Shown: positions 34,588-45,432, counted from the first letter of the stretch. The stretch: 64,000 nucleotides of DNA from an uncultured Bacilli bacterium (GCA_947585065.1 CANPWX010000001.1:7274-71273), one strand, 5' to 3'. Translations and numbers: made by a program. The notes: generated by a model not told the origin, from the letters alone.

Positions 34588-34771
34588 CTTCCTTTAATTC
34601 ATATCATTTACATAATTTTGGCAGATTATTAAAATCTATTATTTTATCTTTTAATTTACATTTGCCATAGCAAGTGCAGTAATGACATTCTGCATAAGAA
34701 TATCATTTATAATATTTACATCATTTGCATTTTTTATGTTTAGTCCTATATTGTTTTGTTTTTATATCCAT
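34588..34771 (-). CDS. Tiny Cys/Trp/Lys/Tyr-rich protein (about 60 codons with 4 TGA)
   Basis: RBS GGAGAG then ATG. Reverse translation gives MDIKTKQYRTKHKKCKWCKYYKWYSYAECHYCTCYGKC... Confidence 0.3.
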
Positions 34772-35865
34772 TATAACATTACTCTCCTTTTAAATAATTC
34801 TTCAAAAGTTTCTTTATCTTTATCAATAGGACTATCTTTATAATCTAACATATCCCATTTATCAAACATAAAACTCACTTGTACAAGCGGACTATATTTT
34901 TTATTTAAATCTCTCAACTTTTTAGTCCAGGTTTTAAATTCATTATCACCAATCTCTTTAAACTGTTTATCAAAAGCTATAATAATTTCTTCGACGTCTA
35001 ATTCTTTTAAAAGCTCGACTTGATATGCGGTTAAGCTACTGCCGCACACTGCAACACTAATATCATTATTAATCCCAAATAAACTGGCATATTTGAGGCA
35101 GCTCTTCTCGCCTTCGAAGATTATAACCTTTTTATATTTTCTTATATTATCTTTACTATTGTTTAAATTATATAAATTAAAACCCAATGGATGATTATAC
35201 ATTTGATAATTTAATATTGCTGGTTTATATTTTCCATTTACTTCTTCTTCTTTAATTAAAGTTCTTTCTCTAATTCCTATTAATTTTCCGTTTGGAGCAT
35301 AATGCGGAATTACTATTCCCCAGCATACTGGATCAAATTTAATACCTGCCGCATCCATTACTTCTTGAGATATTCCTTCATTAATCCACATAGGAATTTT
35401 AGGATGCGGAAGATGTTTTAAAATTTTATCATCATAATATTTAAGTTCAATTATTCTTTCTTCTTTCTTTTGAGAAATAGATTGCTCATATTTATTAAGA
35501 ATTTGCCAATCACTAAGTTCACTATTATCATAAACAAAATTTTCGGCTGTAACTGTTAAACTAAAAAAACTAATAATAAAATTAATTGCTTGATACAATG
35601 TAATTTCATTATTTTCTAATTTTTTTATTTTTATAATTAATTCATAAATATCAAAACTTTCAGAACAATCTGTATAACATTTAAATAATTTTGTATTATC
35701 ATAATAATATAACTTATGACTTTGGCCTCCATGGCATATTGTTCTAGATGTAATAATATCATTTTTAATTGCGGGGTCACCGCCAAGAGCGAATAATAAA
35801 TCTTTTACTTGTTCTATTGATAAACTATTTTTTATATTTTCAGACCATTCTTTTAAATTATCCAT
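34771..35865 (-). CDS. DnaG-like primase (CHC2 zinc finger + TOPRIM)
   Basis: Zinc finger CHGGQSHKLYYYDNTKLFKCYTDCS. TOPRIM-like IIFEGEKSCLKY. Confidence 0.6.
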   Translation of the reverse strand: MDNLKEWSENIKNSLSIEQVKDLLFALGGDPAIKNDIITSRTICHGGQSHKLYYYDNTKLFKCYTDCSESFDIYELIIKIKKLENNEITLYQAINFIISFFSLTVTAENFVYDNSELSDWQILNKYEQSISQKKEERIIELKYYDDKILKHLPHPKIPMWINEGISQEVMDAAGIKFDPVCWGIVIPHYAPNGKLIGIRERTLIKEEEVNGKYKPAILNYQMYNHPLGFNLYNLNNSKDNIRKYKKVIIFEGEKSCLKYASLFGINNDISVAVCGSSLTAYQVELLKELDVEEIIIAFDKQFKEIGDNEFKTWTKKLRDLNKKYSPLVQVSFMFDKWDMLDYKDSPIDKDKETFEELFKRRVML

Positions 35866-35892
35866 TTATCATTCACCCCTTTATATATAAAT

Positions 35893-35921
35893 ATTATATC
35901 ATATTTTATTTATATAATCAA
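35893..35921 (-). promoter_or_regulatory. Sigma-A-type promoter (TTGATT-N17-TATAAT) for the primase gene
   Basis: Reverse complement reads TTGATTATATAAATAAAATATGATATAAT. RBS AAAGGGGTG and ATG follow. Confidence 0.55.
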
Positions 35922-35922
35922 A

Positions 35923-37479
35923 TTAAAATGCACTAACTTGCATTTTAGGATTTACATTGATTTTGAAATCAGGTAAATTAATAAGTTGATAATTATAATC
36001 AGTAGCAAACATAGGTATTACTTTACAAGTTCCTTGGTTTGCTTTGCACCATAATAATATATCTTTATATTGGCCTCTACGATTTTTATAAACAGATATT
36101 TTTATATCAGGTTCATCAAATTTAAATCTAGCTATTACTTCTCTTAAAGCCTCTTTGTCTTCTTTACTAGTTTTTAACATAATCATACCTAAATCTATTT
36201 TATCTGCTATTGATTTTGCACCTCTTAATAAATTTTGGTCATATTGTTGTGCAGTAAGATAATCAGCATTTAATTGCGTTGCTGTCATTATAAATACACC
36301 ATATTCATTACATAAGTCTTTTAATCTTATTGAAATCATAAATAAAACATTATCTTCACGAAGTCCTTTAATCCCAGTTTTTGAAGTAACTTCACTCAAT
36401 ATCTTCATACTTGTATGTAAGTAATCAAAAAATACATATCTAACTCCCCATTCATTAATAGCAAATTTAATTGTATTTTCTATATCTTTTAATGAAAAAT
36501 CAGGTAATTTTTTAATATATATAGGACATTTTTTAAGTAACTCTGCAGCATACATTACACGTTCTAATTCTCCAATTTCATAAGCATTATATATAATATG
36601 ATTTTCATTTACATCAGATAAGAAAGCTAGCATCATTGTTTGAATTTCATCTATTTCTTGTTCAGTAGTAATAAATATCGTAGGCTCTTTAGTTCCATTT
36701 TCAATCCATTTACCTTGTACACTATCATATATTTTATCACAAGCTATTGAACAAGAATCAGCAATCATACTACGAGTTTTCCCAATACCAGTTGCGGCAG
36801 ATCTCAAATAAAACTTTTTTAAGCGGGCGCCACGTGTTATTGTATTAATTAAAGGCCCATACATTGGATATCCAATTTCAGGTCGCTTTTGTAAACTATC
36901 AATTAATTCAGTAACTCTATCACCAGCTTGAATAAAATTTTCATTTGTATCATCTACATATTTCATTCGTATTTCAGTTATTTTTTTATCAATAATATCA
37001 GCTATTGATTCAAGAGAAGTGTTATCTAGCCAATCTTCTTGAGCTTGTTTTTTCTTTGCATCAAGAATATTGTTAATATCATATAACCAAGATAAATCCA
37101 TTCCTGCATTATTATACATTCTAAGTAAAGTCATTTTTTTCATTCTTTGATAATAATAATCGAAAGTAGATAATTGAATATTTTCTGTTATTTTTTGTAA
37201 ATATTCTGCGCCCTTATATGTTTTATATACTGCTAATTTTTTTGGTCTATCTTTTAAATAATCTTCTATTGTGTTAATATTGACATCTTTAACTCCTAAC
37301 GCATGAAGATTATAAATAGAACCAAATAATATTTTATGAAATTCTTCAGTAAAATCATCTTCACTAAAAAAATAATTTTCATTATCTAATAATGATATAT
37401 TTTGATAAATACAACCAATTACTTGAATAGTTGCTGATAAATCTACATATTTTGCCATATTAACCCTCCTAATTATCAT
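35923..37479 (-). CDS. DnaB-family replicative helicase
   Basis: Walker A LRSAATGIGKTRS. DnaB-like motif VFIMTATQLNAD. N-terminal DnaB-like domain. Confidence 0.6.
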   Translation of the reverse strand: MIIRRVNMAKYVDLSATIQVIGCIYQNISLLDNENYFFSEDDFTEEFHKILFGSIYNLHALGVKDVNINTIEDYLKDRPKKLAVYKTYKGAEYLQKITENIQLSTFDYYYQRMKKMTLLRMYNNAGMDLSWLYDINNILDAKKKQAQEDWLDNTSLESIADIIDKKITEIRMKYVDDTNENFIQAGDRVTELIDSLQKRPEIGYPMYGPLINTITRGARLKKFYLRSAATGIGKTRSMIADSCSIACDKIYDSVQGKWIENGTKEPTIFITTEQEIDEIQTMMLAFLSDVNENHIIYNAYEIGELERVMYAAELLKKCPIYIKKLPDFSLKDIENTIKFAINEWGVRYVFFDYLHTSMKILSEVTSKTGIKGLREDNVLFMISIRLKDLCNEYGVFIMTATQLNADYLTAQQYDQNLLRGAKSIADKIDLGMIMLKTSKEDKEALREVIARFKFDEPDIKISVYKNRRGQYKDILLWCKANQGTCKVIPMFATDYNYQLINLPDFKINVNPKMQVSAF

Positions 37480-37978
37480 CTTCCATATTGAATAGTTTTA
37501 TTTGGTTTTTTGTATATACTCGCGGAGATGCAATTTCAACTTCTTCAACTTTTGGTTTATATTCATCAAGTCCATCATTAAATATTTTAGCCATATATAA
37601 AGCATAAAAATATTTTTCTGCTTGGCTATATATAAAAGGTATAATTCCAATTCCCTCTTGAGATAATTCAATAGAATTGTCTTTTATTTCATACCACCAA
37701 TATAAAGTTTTTAACATGCCTGAATATGTATATCCATATTCTTGGCGGAAATCATGTATTTGTTTTTTTATTTTAGCACTTATTGTATTTATATTAAATA
37801 ATTTTTTTATATACTCTTCTAATTTATAATAGTCTTTTTCATCTTGAGTCATGGATGCATCTACTTTATCAGCGCAATCTTTATGTGCATATCTACGAGT
37901 TCCTACTTCTACAAAAGGTTCGATATCTCTATTAAATTTTTGTCCACAATATTTACATATAACAAAATGTGCTGCCAT
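37469..37978 (-). CDS. Hypothetical protein with N-terminal zinc ribbon (possible helicase loader or replication accessory)
   Basis: CKYCGQKF..HKDC. Overlaps the helicase gene start. Confidence 0.35.
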   Translation of the reverse strand: MAAHFVICKYCGQKFNRDIEPFVEVGTRRYAHKDCADKVDASMTQDEKDYYKLEEYIKKLFNINTISAKIKKQIHDFRQEYGYTYSGMLKTLYWWYEIKDNSIELSQEGIGIIPFIYSQAEKYFYALYMAKIFNDGLDEYKPKVEEVEIASPRVYTKNQIKLFNMEDDN

Positions 37979-38089
37979 AAATATACACCTTCTCTTTAAT
38001 TATATTTTATCATAAAATTAAATAAAAATCAAAAAGAGAAGATATAAATTAAGTTTTAATATCTTCTCTTTCATCTCCTTTTATCTCTT

Positions 38090-39073
38090 TTATTTTACTA
38101 ATTCTTTTAAATCTAAAACTATCAAATTAAGCATTTCTACTTGGTCTCTAGTGCATTGACTAGCTTTTTTACCTTTACCTAAATATTTTTCAGTAATTTG
38201 TGTTATTTTAGGTGTCCATACAGTTTCCATATCTTCTTTAGAATTAGAATTAATAATGCCACCAACAATAGTATTAAATTCTTCCATTACTGTATCAAAA
38301 TCTAATTCTTCAATTTTGAATTCATTTTTAGTATCTGTAATAAATTCATTGCCTTTATTTTGAGCTTCTTTATCAATAGCATTATTTAATGCTTTAACTA
38401 AGCTATCATAATCGGCGGCAATATTTTCTTCTATATATTTGAAGCGGCAACCGCACATAATAGTATTGTCTTTTGAACGAAGTTGAATTCTTCTTTCATT
38501 ATCTTCTGTTGAATACATATATCCATATATATCAGCCATATTTTCAACAATTCTATTATATGTATCTGATACTGATGGTCTAATAATTGAATATTCACTT
38601 CCATCAGTTTTTTTAAATGTTGCTTCTTTATAATGAGCAATAAAATATACTGCATAGCCTAATTGAGTTATACTTCTAAATACGTTTTCAAATTCTTTTT
38701 TAAGTAAAGTCCAACCTTGTCCATAAGGAATTTCACCAATAGCATTAACACCATTTTGGTCACAAATATATTTTTCACAATAGGATGCGGCAATATCAAC
38801 AGTATCAATAACAATAGTTGCAAAAGTTTCTTTAACTTCTGGTTTTTTTAATTCTCTTACGACTTGTTTTATTTCAGACCAAGATGTAATATCTTGTGCC
38901 ATAATTCCAGCTAATGCATTATATCCACGTTCAAAAGCAAGTAATAATGGTTTAGGCATTTCCGCACCTAAAGTAGTCTTACCAACTTTTGGAGCTCCAT
39001 ATATATAAGTTATATATCCACTTAAATCTCTACTAATTTGATGAGGTTTGATTTCTAATAAATTAATTGCCAT
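38090..39073 (-). CDS. Sak4/AAA_24-like recombination ATPase
   Basis: Walker A IYGAPKVGKTT near the N-terminus. Size and phage context fit Sak4-type ssDNA-annealing ATPases. Confidence 0.5.
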   Translation of the reverse strand: MAINLLEIKPHQISRDLSGYITYIYGAPKVGKTTLGAEMPKPLLLAFERGYNALAGIMAQDITSWSEIKQVVRELKKPEVKETFATIVIDTVDIAASYCEKYICDQNGVNAIGEIPYGQGWTLLKKEFENVFRSITQLGYAVYFIAHYKEATFKKTDGSEYSIIRPSVSDTYNRIVENMADIYGYMYSTEDNERRIQLRSKDNTIMCGCRFKYIEENIAADYDSLVKALNNAIDKEAQNKGNEFITDTKNEFKIEELDFDTVMEEFNTIVGGIINSNSKEDMETVWTPKITQITEKYLGKGKKASQCTRDQVEMLNLIVLDLKELVK

Positions 39074-39096
39074 AATTAATCTCCTTTATATCAAAA

Positions 39097-39125
39097 TAGG
39101 AGGAGGTTATTTTCTCCTCCTTTTA
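39097..39125 (-). terminator. Rho-independent terminator (GGAGGAGAAAATAACCTCCTCC hairpin + T-run on - strand)
   Basis: Perfect hairpin and T-run downstream of gene 39127-40077. Confidence 0.55.
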
Positions 39126-39126
39126 A

Positions 39127-40077
39127 CTAAAAATTAAATGTTCCTTTTGCAGCGGTAACAGTTGTAGTTTGAGCTACTGTTGGAGTAGAAGTAGATGCTG
39201 CTTTTTGAGCTTGATATTCATCTCTACGTTTTTTAATATCTGCTAACATAACTTCTCTATCTTGTGCTGCTTTTGTAACTTCCGCAGTAGTTAATACGCT
39301 CTCGTCACCAAAATCATAAGGTACTTTTGAAGTTCCTGTGATAATCCATTCTTTAATTTTTCTTTCAAATGTTCTAACAGCTTCTTCACCAAATGCGGTT
39401 TCTTCAGTTACTTCTCTTGATTCAGAGCCACAATTTATTTTACCCCATACTTTAGTAAAGACAGGTTCATTTTGAGATGCCCCTAAATCTTCAAAATAAT
39501 TCATACCTTCTTCATTTCTTACAATAAATTCAACTGGTAATAAATTATTTCTAAAGTTAAATATTGCACCTTTTACAGTAAGATAATCTTCTTTAATGTT
39601 TTTTTCTGGATCGGCTTCAACTCTATTTGTTCCAGTAATAAGCATATCAGTTGAGAATGTATTTCTTTCATTTTCTGGACATAAATCAGAAACGATAGTT
39701 ACAAATCCTCCTTCATTAGTTTTTGTTGATACTAATCTATCATCTTGAGTATAAAAATCATTTAATGCTAAAGCAGTATCAATTTTAACTTTTAATGCTT
39801 CATCTTTACCATCTGTAACCCAAGTTTTTCCACCATTAATAATTTTATCTAAATTAGTATAAGTTACATTCTTATTTCCTGAGTTTGTAGTTTCAACAAC
39901 ATAAGTAAAATGAACTGGGATAATGTTTAAACCTTCTTCATCTACTGCAACTTCAATATTACCTGAAATAAATTCTTTTCCAAAGTTTGCAGATGCATTA
40001 TTTTGAACAGTCTTTTTTACTAAATTATGTTGATAAATTCTTCCTTCTACATGTTCTGTGTTAATCATCTTTTTCAT
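39127..40077 (-). CDS. Hypothetical protein, possible ssDNA-binding protein (Thr-rich C-terminal tail)
   Basis: Sits beside the Sak4-like gene. Call is based on position only. Confidence 0.3.
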   Translation of the reverse strand: MKKMINTEHVEGRIYQHNLVKKTVQNNASANFGKEFISGNIEVAVDEEGLNIIPVHFTYVVETTNSGNKNVTYTNLDKIINGGKTWVTDGKDEALKVKIDTALALNDFYTQDDRLVSTKTNEGGFVTIVSDLCPENERNTFSTDMLITGTNRVEADPEKNIKEDYLTVKGAIFNFRNNLLPVEFIVRNEEGMNYFEDLGASQNEPVFTKVWGKINCGSESREVTEETAFGEEAVRTFERKIKEWIITGTSKVPYDFGDESVLTTAEVTKAAQDREVMLADIKKRRDEYQAQKAASTSTPTVAQTTTVTAAKGTFNF

Positions 40078-40150
40078 TTTTTAATTCTCTCCTTTTTTAA
40101 TTTTTTATTTACACTTTTTATACAATATTATTGTATCAAAAATTTTTTAT

Positions 40151-40489
40151 TTAGTCAAGTTTAACCTCTTTACCCAAGGTTGTTAAACTATAAGTAATTG
40201 GATTACCAGGATGTTTTTCTATATACCCATCAGTAATAAGTTTTTTGATTGAGCCTGATACAGAACGTGGTGGCATAAATAATAATTCACCTAATTGTTT
40301 AGAACTAAATATATTTAGATAAGGTTCAATATTATTTTGCATACATTTTAATATTTTTGCTCCATTTTCAGTAAAAGTTTGTTTCAAATTATTTTTTAAA
40401 TTTTCATAAAATTCTGCCGCTTCTGGAGTAAAAGATTTTTCATATATAGAGATTTCTTCTAAAAATTGTTTCATTGTCATAAAATTCAT
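40151..40489 (-). CDS. Winged-helix DNA-binding protein-like (112 aa)
   Basis: SGSIKKLITDGYIEKH resembles a MarR/PadR-type recognition helix-wing. Confidence 0.35.
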   Translation of the reverse strand: MNFMTMKQFLEEISIYEKSFTPEAAEFYENLKNNLKQTFTENGAKILKCMQNNIEPYLNIFSSKQLGELLFMPPRSVSGSIKKLITDGYIEKHPGNPITYSLTTLGKEVKLD

Positions 40490-40496
40490 TCCCTCC

Positions 40497-41136
40497 TTAA
40501 TTTCTTTGTTTTATGTAATGATAATGCTCTCTAGATATTTCATTTACTAACCGTATTTTCAAAGCGCTATTAGTAGAAAACCACCAATCATTTTTAATAT
40601 GTTTTTCATATTGTAATTCAGTTATATCTATTTTTTCTAAAAATAAAGTTTTAATATCTTGATAAATATTATCTAATGCAGTTCTTTTATTATAAAAACT
40701 AGATTCATTTTCATCTTTAGGAAGTCTTTCAAATATTGAATCTGAGTACATAAAAATTGCATTTGGATAAGAATATCTTTTATGCCCAGCTAAATAAATT
40801 AAAAAACTTTCTTTATAAACATTTCCAATATTAAAAGTATAAACTGGAGTTTTAGATATTTTAATTGAATTCATAATTGTTATTGCAGCATCTAAACTTC
40901 CACCTAATGAATTAATATAAATTTTAATAGGCTCTCTATCGGTTAAAGTTGCTACTAATTCATCATCTGCAATATTCCAAAATCTAATTAAAGCATCTAT
41001 ATGATTAGCAGTTTGTGGTGTTATAGTGTCTATTAAAATTTCTCTATTTGATGCTTTTGCATATTTAGGAATATCTTCAATAGTTTCTATAAAGCACTTG
41101 TTTTTCTTTACATTTTTTAAAAAAGATAATCACATA
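40497..41136 (-). CDS. ClpP-family (S14) peptidase-like protein, TGA at codon 2, catalytic His apparently replaced
   Basis: Reverse translation gives MWLSF..IYINSLGGSLDAAITIMNSIKISKTPVYTFNIGNVYKESFLIYLAG, which is ClpP-like (ClpP: IYINSPGGSV..). The position of the ClpP MIHQP His reads FMYSD. Confidence 0.5.
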
Positions 41137-41198
41137 ATTTAATTCTCCTTTTCTTTATTTATATAAATATTATATCATTATTAAAATAAAAAATCAAA

Positions 41199-41564
41199 TT
41201 ATACTTTTTTATTTCCACTAGTAGAATTATAACCATATTCTTTACTACTATATAAATTTATATAAAACGCTTCTTTTTCATTTAAATCTGCGGCAATACA
41301 TTTTTCTAGTAGTTCAAAAGTAAAATTATCTATTCCTTCACGCTTCATTGCTTCATAAAGTTTATTATTTGCAGGCGTATCTATTCCAAGACCACATTTC
41401 ATATGCTCGCGCCAACGCTCTCTTACATTTTTAGCTTGTCCTATATAACATAATAAATTTGTCTTATTAGTAATTTTGTATATTCCACATACTTCATTTG
41501 AGCCTAAAACTCTAGCAGCTAATTCATTTGCTTTTTTAGAATAATATGCTTGTCAAATTATCAT
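41199..41564 (-). CDS. Stand-alone GIY-YIG nuclease domain protein (1 TGA)
   Basis: Reverse translation gives MIIWQAYYSKKANELAARVLGSNEVCGIYKITNKTNLLCYIGQAKNVRERWREH.., with the GIY..YIG..R..H motif. Confidence 0.5.
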
Positions 41565-42131
41565 CCGAATAGGACGTGGATCCCTAAGTTCTGATTCTAT
41601 ACTTTGAAGAATTTTAACTTCACGCTTATCTATATCTTCAATAGATAAGGAATAGAATTCATGTTGTTGTTGAACTTTTTCTTCTTCTAATTGTGCTTGA
41701 ATTGCGGCAGCGCGTGTTGTTGCCATTTTTTCTAAGTCTATTTTAATTTTATCTAGCTTACCGAGCGTCTCAGCTTGGATTTCTGCATAACTATCTTCAA
41801 GCAATTTAACTGATTCTTCATATTCTTTTTCTTTTGTATCATATTCTTTATCTAATAAATCATTATAATTTATAAATGCTTGTCTTGCAACTTCATTTGC
41901 ATTATTAATAGTATTTTGTATATTATCTAATGTATTTTGTTTTGCTTTAATTTCTTTTTCAATATTATCTTTTCTTTCTTTTAATATTTGATTTTCATTA
42001 TCTATTTCTTTATTTTCCTCTTTTACTTTTGTATTAATATCTTCTATTTCTTTATTTTTATTTTTTTCATTTATATATAATATAAATAATAAAAAAATTC
42101 CTAATAAAAGAAAGAATAATAAAATTTCCAT
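41553..42131 (-). CDS. Membrane-anchored coiled-coil protein
   Basis: N-terminal TM (ILLFFLLLGIFLLFILY) then Lys/Glu/Asn-rich coiled coil. Confidence 0.4.
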   Translation of the reverse strand: MEILLFFLLLGIFLLFILYINEKNKNKEIEDINTKVKEENKEIDNENQILKERKDNIEKEIKAKQNTLDNIQNTINNANEVARQAFINYNDLLDKEYDTKEKEYEESVKLLEDSYAEIQAETLGKLDKIKIDLEKMATTRAAAIQAQLEEEKVQQQHEFYSLSIEDIDKREVKILQSIESELRDPRPIRMII

Positions 42132-42204
42132 TATATATCCTCCTAAAAAGAAAGAGCGAAAGCGTTGCCGCCTCCACTCTTAAATATTATTTTTATTTTT
42201 AATA

Positions 42205-42477
42205 TTATTCAGCTTTTTCTTCTTCAGCATCTGGATCAAAACTTAATCCAAGTTCAGTTAATTGAATGTATTTAACTGCTTTATGGCTTCCATCAGGTAA
42301 TTCGATTTCTCCTGGGATTCTTTCCATTAAACCTTTCTTTTGGAATGCTGATGTAACGATACCGTTAACTGATTTAACTTCTAATCCAGTTCCTTCAGCG
42401 ATATCAGCTGCGATCATTTTTTCTCCATTATGAGCTTTAACATAATCAAATACTAATTTGCTATTTGGTTTTAACAT
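42205..42477 (-). CDS. Hypothetical protein (90 aa)
   Basis: Intact ORF with its own consensus promoter upstream. Confidence 0.4.
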   Translation of the reverse strand: MLKPNSKLVFDYVKAHNGEKMIAADIAEGTGLEVKSVNGIVTSAFQKKGLMERIPGEIELPDGSHKAVKYIQLTELGLSFDPDAEEEKAE

Positions 42478-42695
42478 AATCTTTTCTCTCTCCTTATCTG
42501 TTTATTTTATTCTCTTTTATATATAATATTATATCATAAAAATTTTATAATGTCAAAAAATTTTTATTTTATAATATATTGAAAGATTTATACCTACTTA
42601 TGGTTTAGAAAAGTTATTTTTAAGTTAATTTTTTAATTAATTAACTCTATTAGTTTTTTCTCATCTTTCATATCTATATTATATAAAAAATTTTT

Positions 42696-44651
42696 CTATG
42701 AATCAAGTATATCAATCATTATTTGCTCACTAATAATCGGAATACCTAATTCTATCGCTTTTTTATTTTTAGCTGATGTAGAATTTACATCATTATTGAT
42801 TAAAAAATTTACGTTTTTAGACATTGCGGAAACTACTTTTCCTCCATGAGATTCAATTGCTGCAATTAATTCATCTCTATTTTTAAAATGATTTAATTTA
42901 CCTGTTATACAATAAGTATTTCCACTTAAATCAATTTTTCCAATTTGTTGTACATATTGAGCAGTATTTTCTTCTTTAATTGTTAAATAAATATCTACTA
43001 TGTTATCTAATTCTCTGTAATCAAAATTTTTAAGTGATTTATTCATTTCGTAGCCAAAGCCATCTATTTCAGAGAAATCAAAATCCCCTTTGATTGCTTC
43101 TCTAAATGAATCATATGTAGTAAATCTTCTGGCAATATCACGGGCAACAGTTCTTCCAATCAATGGTATACCTGCTCCTGCGATGACAGATTCGAGGTTA
43201 CAAGTAGAACTCCTTCTAATTGATTCGAGAATATTTCCAACAGACTTAGCTCCAAAGCCATCTTTTTTAATCCATTCATTCTTCCACTGTGATAAATTAA
43301 AGATGTCGATGATTGAGTTGACCCATCCCCAATTAATAAGTTTTTCAATAGTTGCTTTTGATAATCCATGTATATCTAATCCTTTCTTACTTACAAAATG
43401 GTCTATTCTATTTACAAGTTTACCTTCACAAGATGGATTTCCGCATTTTAAAACTTCGCTATCATTTAATTTTTCTATATAAGTATCTCCGCCACATATA
43501 GGACATTGAATATGATTAATCTCTATATATGCTTTTGTACGACTATCGTTTTCTTCTGCTCTTGATACTTGAGGTATTATTTGATTCGCTTTGTAAATCC
43601 ATAGTTTCTGGCCTATCCATGGATGACCTAAAAATTGTTTCATTACCGTCATATTAAAAAGGTTAGCGCGAGATACTTCTGTTCCTTCTATCTCAATAGG
43701 TTCAAAAATTACAACAGGGGTTAAAGTGCCATTGCGACTCATGCTAAATTCTATATTTTTTAATGTTGTTTCATATTCATCATCATAAAATTTATATGCT
43801 AATCCACCTTTGAAATGATGGTCTGTGCGACCAGCCGCTACATATTCTTTGATATTATCATATTTAAATACAACGCCATCAATAGGATAACCTAATGCTT
43901 TACATTTAAGTTGTACTTGTTCAATATCACTATCTATATTTCCAACATTTGGAGCTATTGGTACGATTGTAAAACCAAGATTATGGGCGGCGATTAATTT
44001 ATCACTTAAACAACTTTGCCCAAAGCCACTTACAACATCCCATGCTACAAACGACAAACCACGCATAGCACATTCCGCACTATCTAATAATCTAATAGAA
44101 CCACTAGCAAAATTTCTTGGATTTTTATAATCATTTTCAAATCTTTTAAATGTATTATAATCACAAATAATTTCCCCATCTATAATTAATTCATCATTAA
44201 AATTAATTTTATTAGGAATATTTTTAACTACAAGAGCATTATATAAAATATCTTCACCTATAATCCCATTACCACGTGTTTCCGCACTCACTAAGCGACC
44301 ACCGCGATAAGTAAGACTACAAGTTAATCCATCCATTTTAGCCATAGCAATATAATCTTTTCCACTAATAAAAGATTTAATTGCTTCTATTGATTTAGTT
44401 TTATCAAGAGATAACATAGGATGGGAGTGCTCTACTTTATTTAATTTATTAACTACTTGATAATTGATGCGTTGAGTAGGACTATCTTCAAAATATGAAT
44501 TAGTTTCTTGTTCTAATTTAACTAATTTAAAATACATATCATCCCATTCTTGGTCTGATATTTCAGGTTTACCTTCATCATATAATTTAGTATGATAATT
44601 TAATTTATCAATTAAATCTCTTATTTTACTTATATCTATTGCTCCTTGCAT
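42696..44651 (-). CDS. ligA: NAD-dependent DNA ligase
   Basis: Adenylation motif KMDG (AKMDGLTCSL), zinc-finger cysteines, C-terminal BRCT-like region. 651 aa, no TGA. Confidence 0.8.
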   Translation of the reverse strand: MQGAIDISKIRDLIDKLNYHTKLYDEGKPEISDQEWDDMYFKLVKLEQETNSYFEDSPTQRINYQVVNKLNKVEHSHPMLSLDKTKSIEAIKSFISGKDYIAMAKMDGLTCSLTYRGGRLVSAETRGNGIIGEDILYNALVVKNIPNKINFNDELIIDGEIICDYNTFKRFENDYKNPRNFASGSIRLLDSAECAMRGLSFVAWDVVSGFGQSCLSDKLIAAHNLGFTIVPIAPNVGNIDSDIEQVQLKCKALGYPIDGVVFKYDNIKEYVAAGRTDHHFKGGLAYKFYDDEYETTLKNIEFSMSRNGTLTPVVIFEPIEIEGTEVSRANLFNMTVMKQFLGHPWIGQKLWIYKANQIIPQVSRAEENDSRTKAYIEINHIQCPICGGDTYIEKLNDSEVLKCGNPSCEGKLVNRIDHFVSKKGLDIHGLSKATIEKLINWGWVNSIIDIFNLSQWKNEWIKKDGFGAKSVGNILESIRRSSTCNLESVIAGAGIPLIGRTVARDIARRFTTYDSFREAIKGDFDFSEIDGFGYEMNKSLKNFDYRELDNIVDIYLTIKEENTAQYVQQIGKIDLSGNTYCITGKLNHFKNRDELIAAIESHGGKVVSAMSKNVNFLINNDVNSTSAKNKKAIELGIPIISEQIMIDILDS

Positions 44652-44860
44652 CTTTCTTCCGCCTTCTTCCTATCTCTTTCTACTATTGCTTGTAAATATT
44701 TTCCAAAATATTCTTTTTCATATTTTCTAAAATCTGTTGAATTTATTATATCATTTTTTATTAAATAATTCAATAAAGTTTCATAAAGTGCTTCAGAGAA
44801 TTGTTCATGCGTATATCCGCGCCAAAAGTCATCTATAAAGCTATCAAACATACTATTCAC
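44636..44860 (-). CDS. Hypothetical protein (74 aa)
   Basis: Intact ORF. Confidence 0.35.
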   Translation of the reverse strand: MNSMFDSFIDDFWRGYTHEQFSEALYETLLNYLIKNDIINSTDFRKYEKEYFGKYLQAIVERDRKKAEERCKEQ

Positions 44861-45155
44861 CTACTTTAAAGATACTATAAGTTTCACCATCATATTCGTT
44901 GTCAATAGGACATCCAGTTGTAAAATGTATTAAATTACCTTTTTCACTATATCCAAAATAAATAGGACAATCAAATGCTCCTTCTTGATAATATTCTTCT
45001 TTATTTTGAATAGCCTCTATTATACCTTCTTTATATATAGGAACATATTTCATAATGTCTTCACTTGCTTCTTCTTCTGTTGCATAAGTCCCATCTATAC
45101 TTAATTCAATAGGTCTATCATAACTACCTTTTGTTCCTGATACTAATATATACAT
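44853..45155 (-). CDS. Hypothetical protein (100 aa)
   Basis: Intact ORF with consensus promoter upstream. Confidence 0.4.
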   Translation of the reverse strand: MYILVSGTKGSYDRPIELSIDGTYATEEEASEDIMKYVPIYKEGIIEAIQNKEEYYQEGAFDCPIYFGYSEKGNLIHFTTGCPIDNEYDGETYSIFKVGE

Positions 45156-45222
45156 ATAATCATTTCTCCTTTTATATAAATATTATATCATATTTTTTTA
45201 TAAAAATAAAAGTAACTTACAT

Positions 45223-45432
45223 TTAGCAAGTTACTTTTCTCTCTTCTTCAGGAGGCCATTTGTATTCTTTTCCGTCGTACCTATATGTAATATTTGTTTT
45301 TGGAATTCTATTAGTCTGAGATTTTAATTCTTCATATTTACCCTTAGTGATTAATAATTCTTTATATTCTTCAAGAGTAATAGTAACATATACATTACCA
45401 TTGCTATCTTGTGAAAAAACTTCTGTATTCAT
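45223..45432 (-). CDS. Hypothetical protein (69 aa)
   Basis: Intact ORF overlapping the gyrA-like start. Confidence 0.35.
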   Translation of the reverse strand: MNTEVFSQDSNGNVYVTITLEEYKELLITKGKYEELKSQTNRIPKTNITYRYDGKEYKWPPEEERKVTC

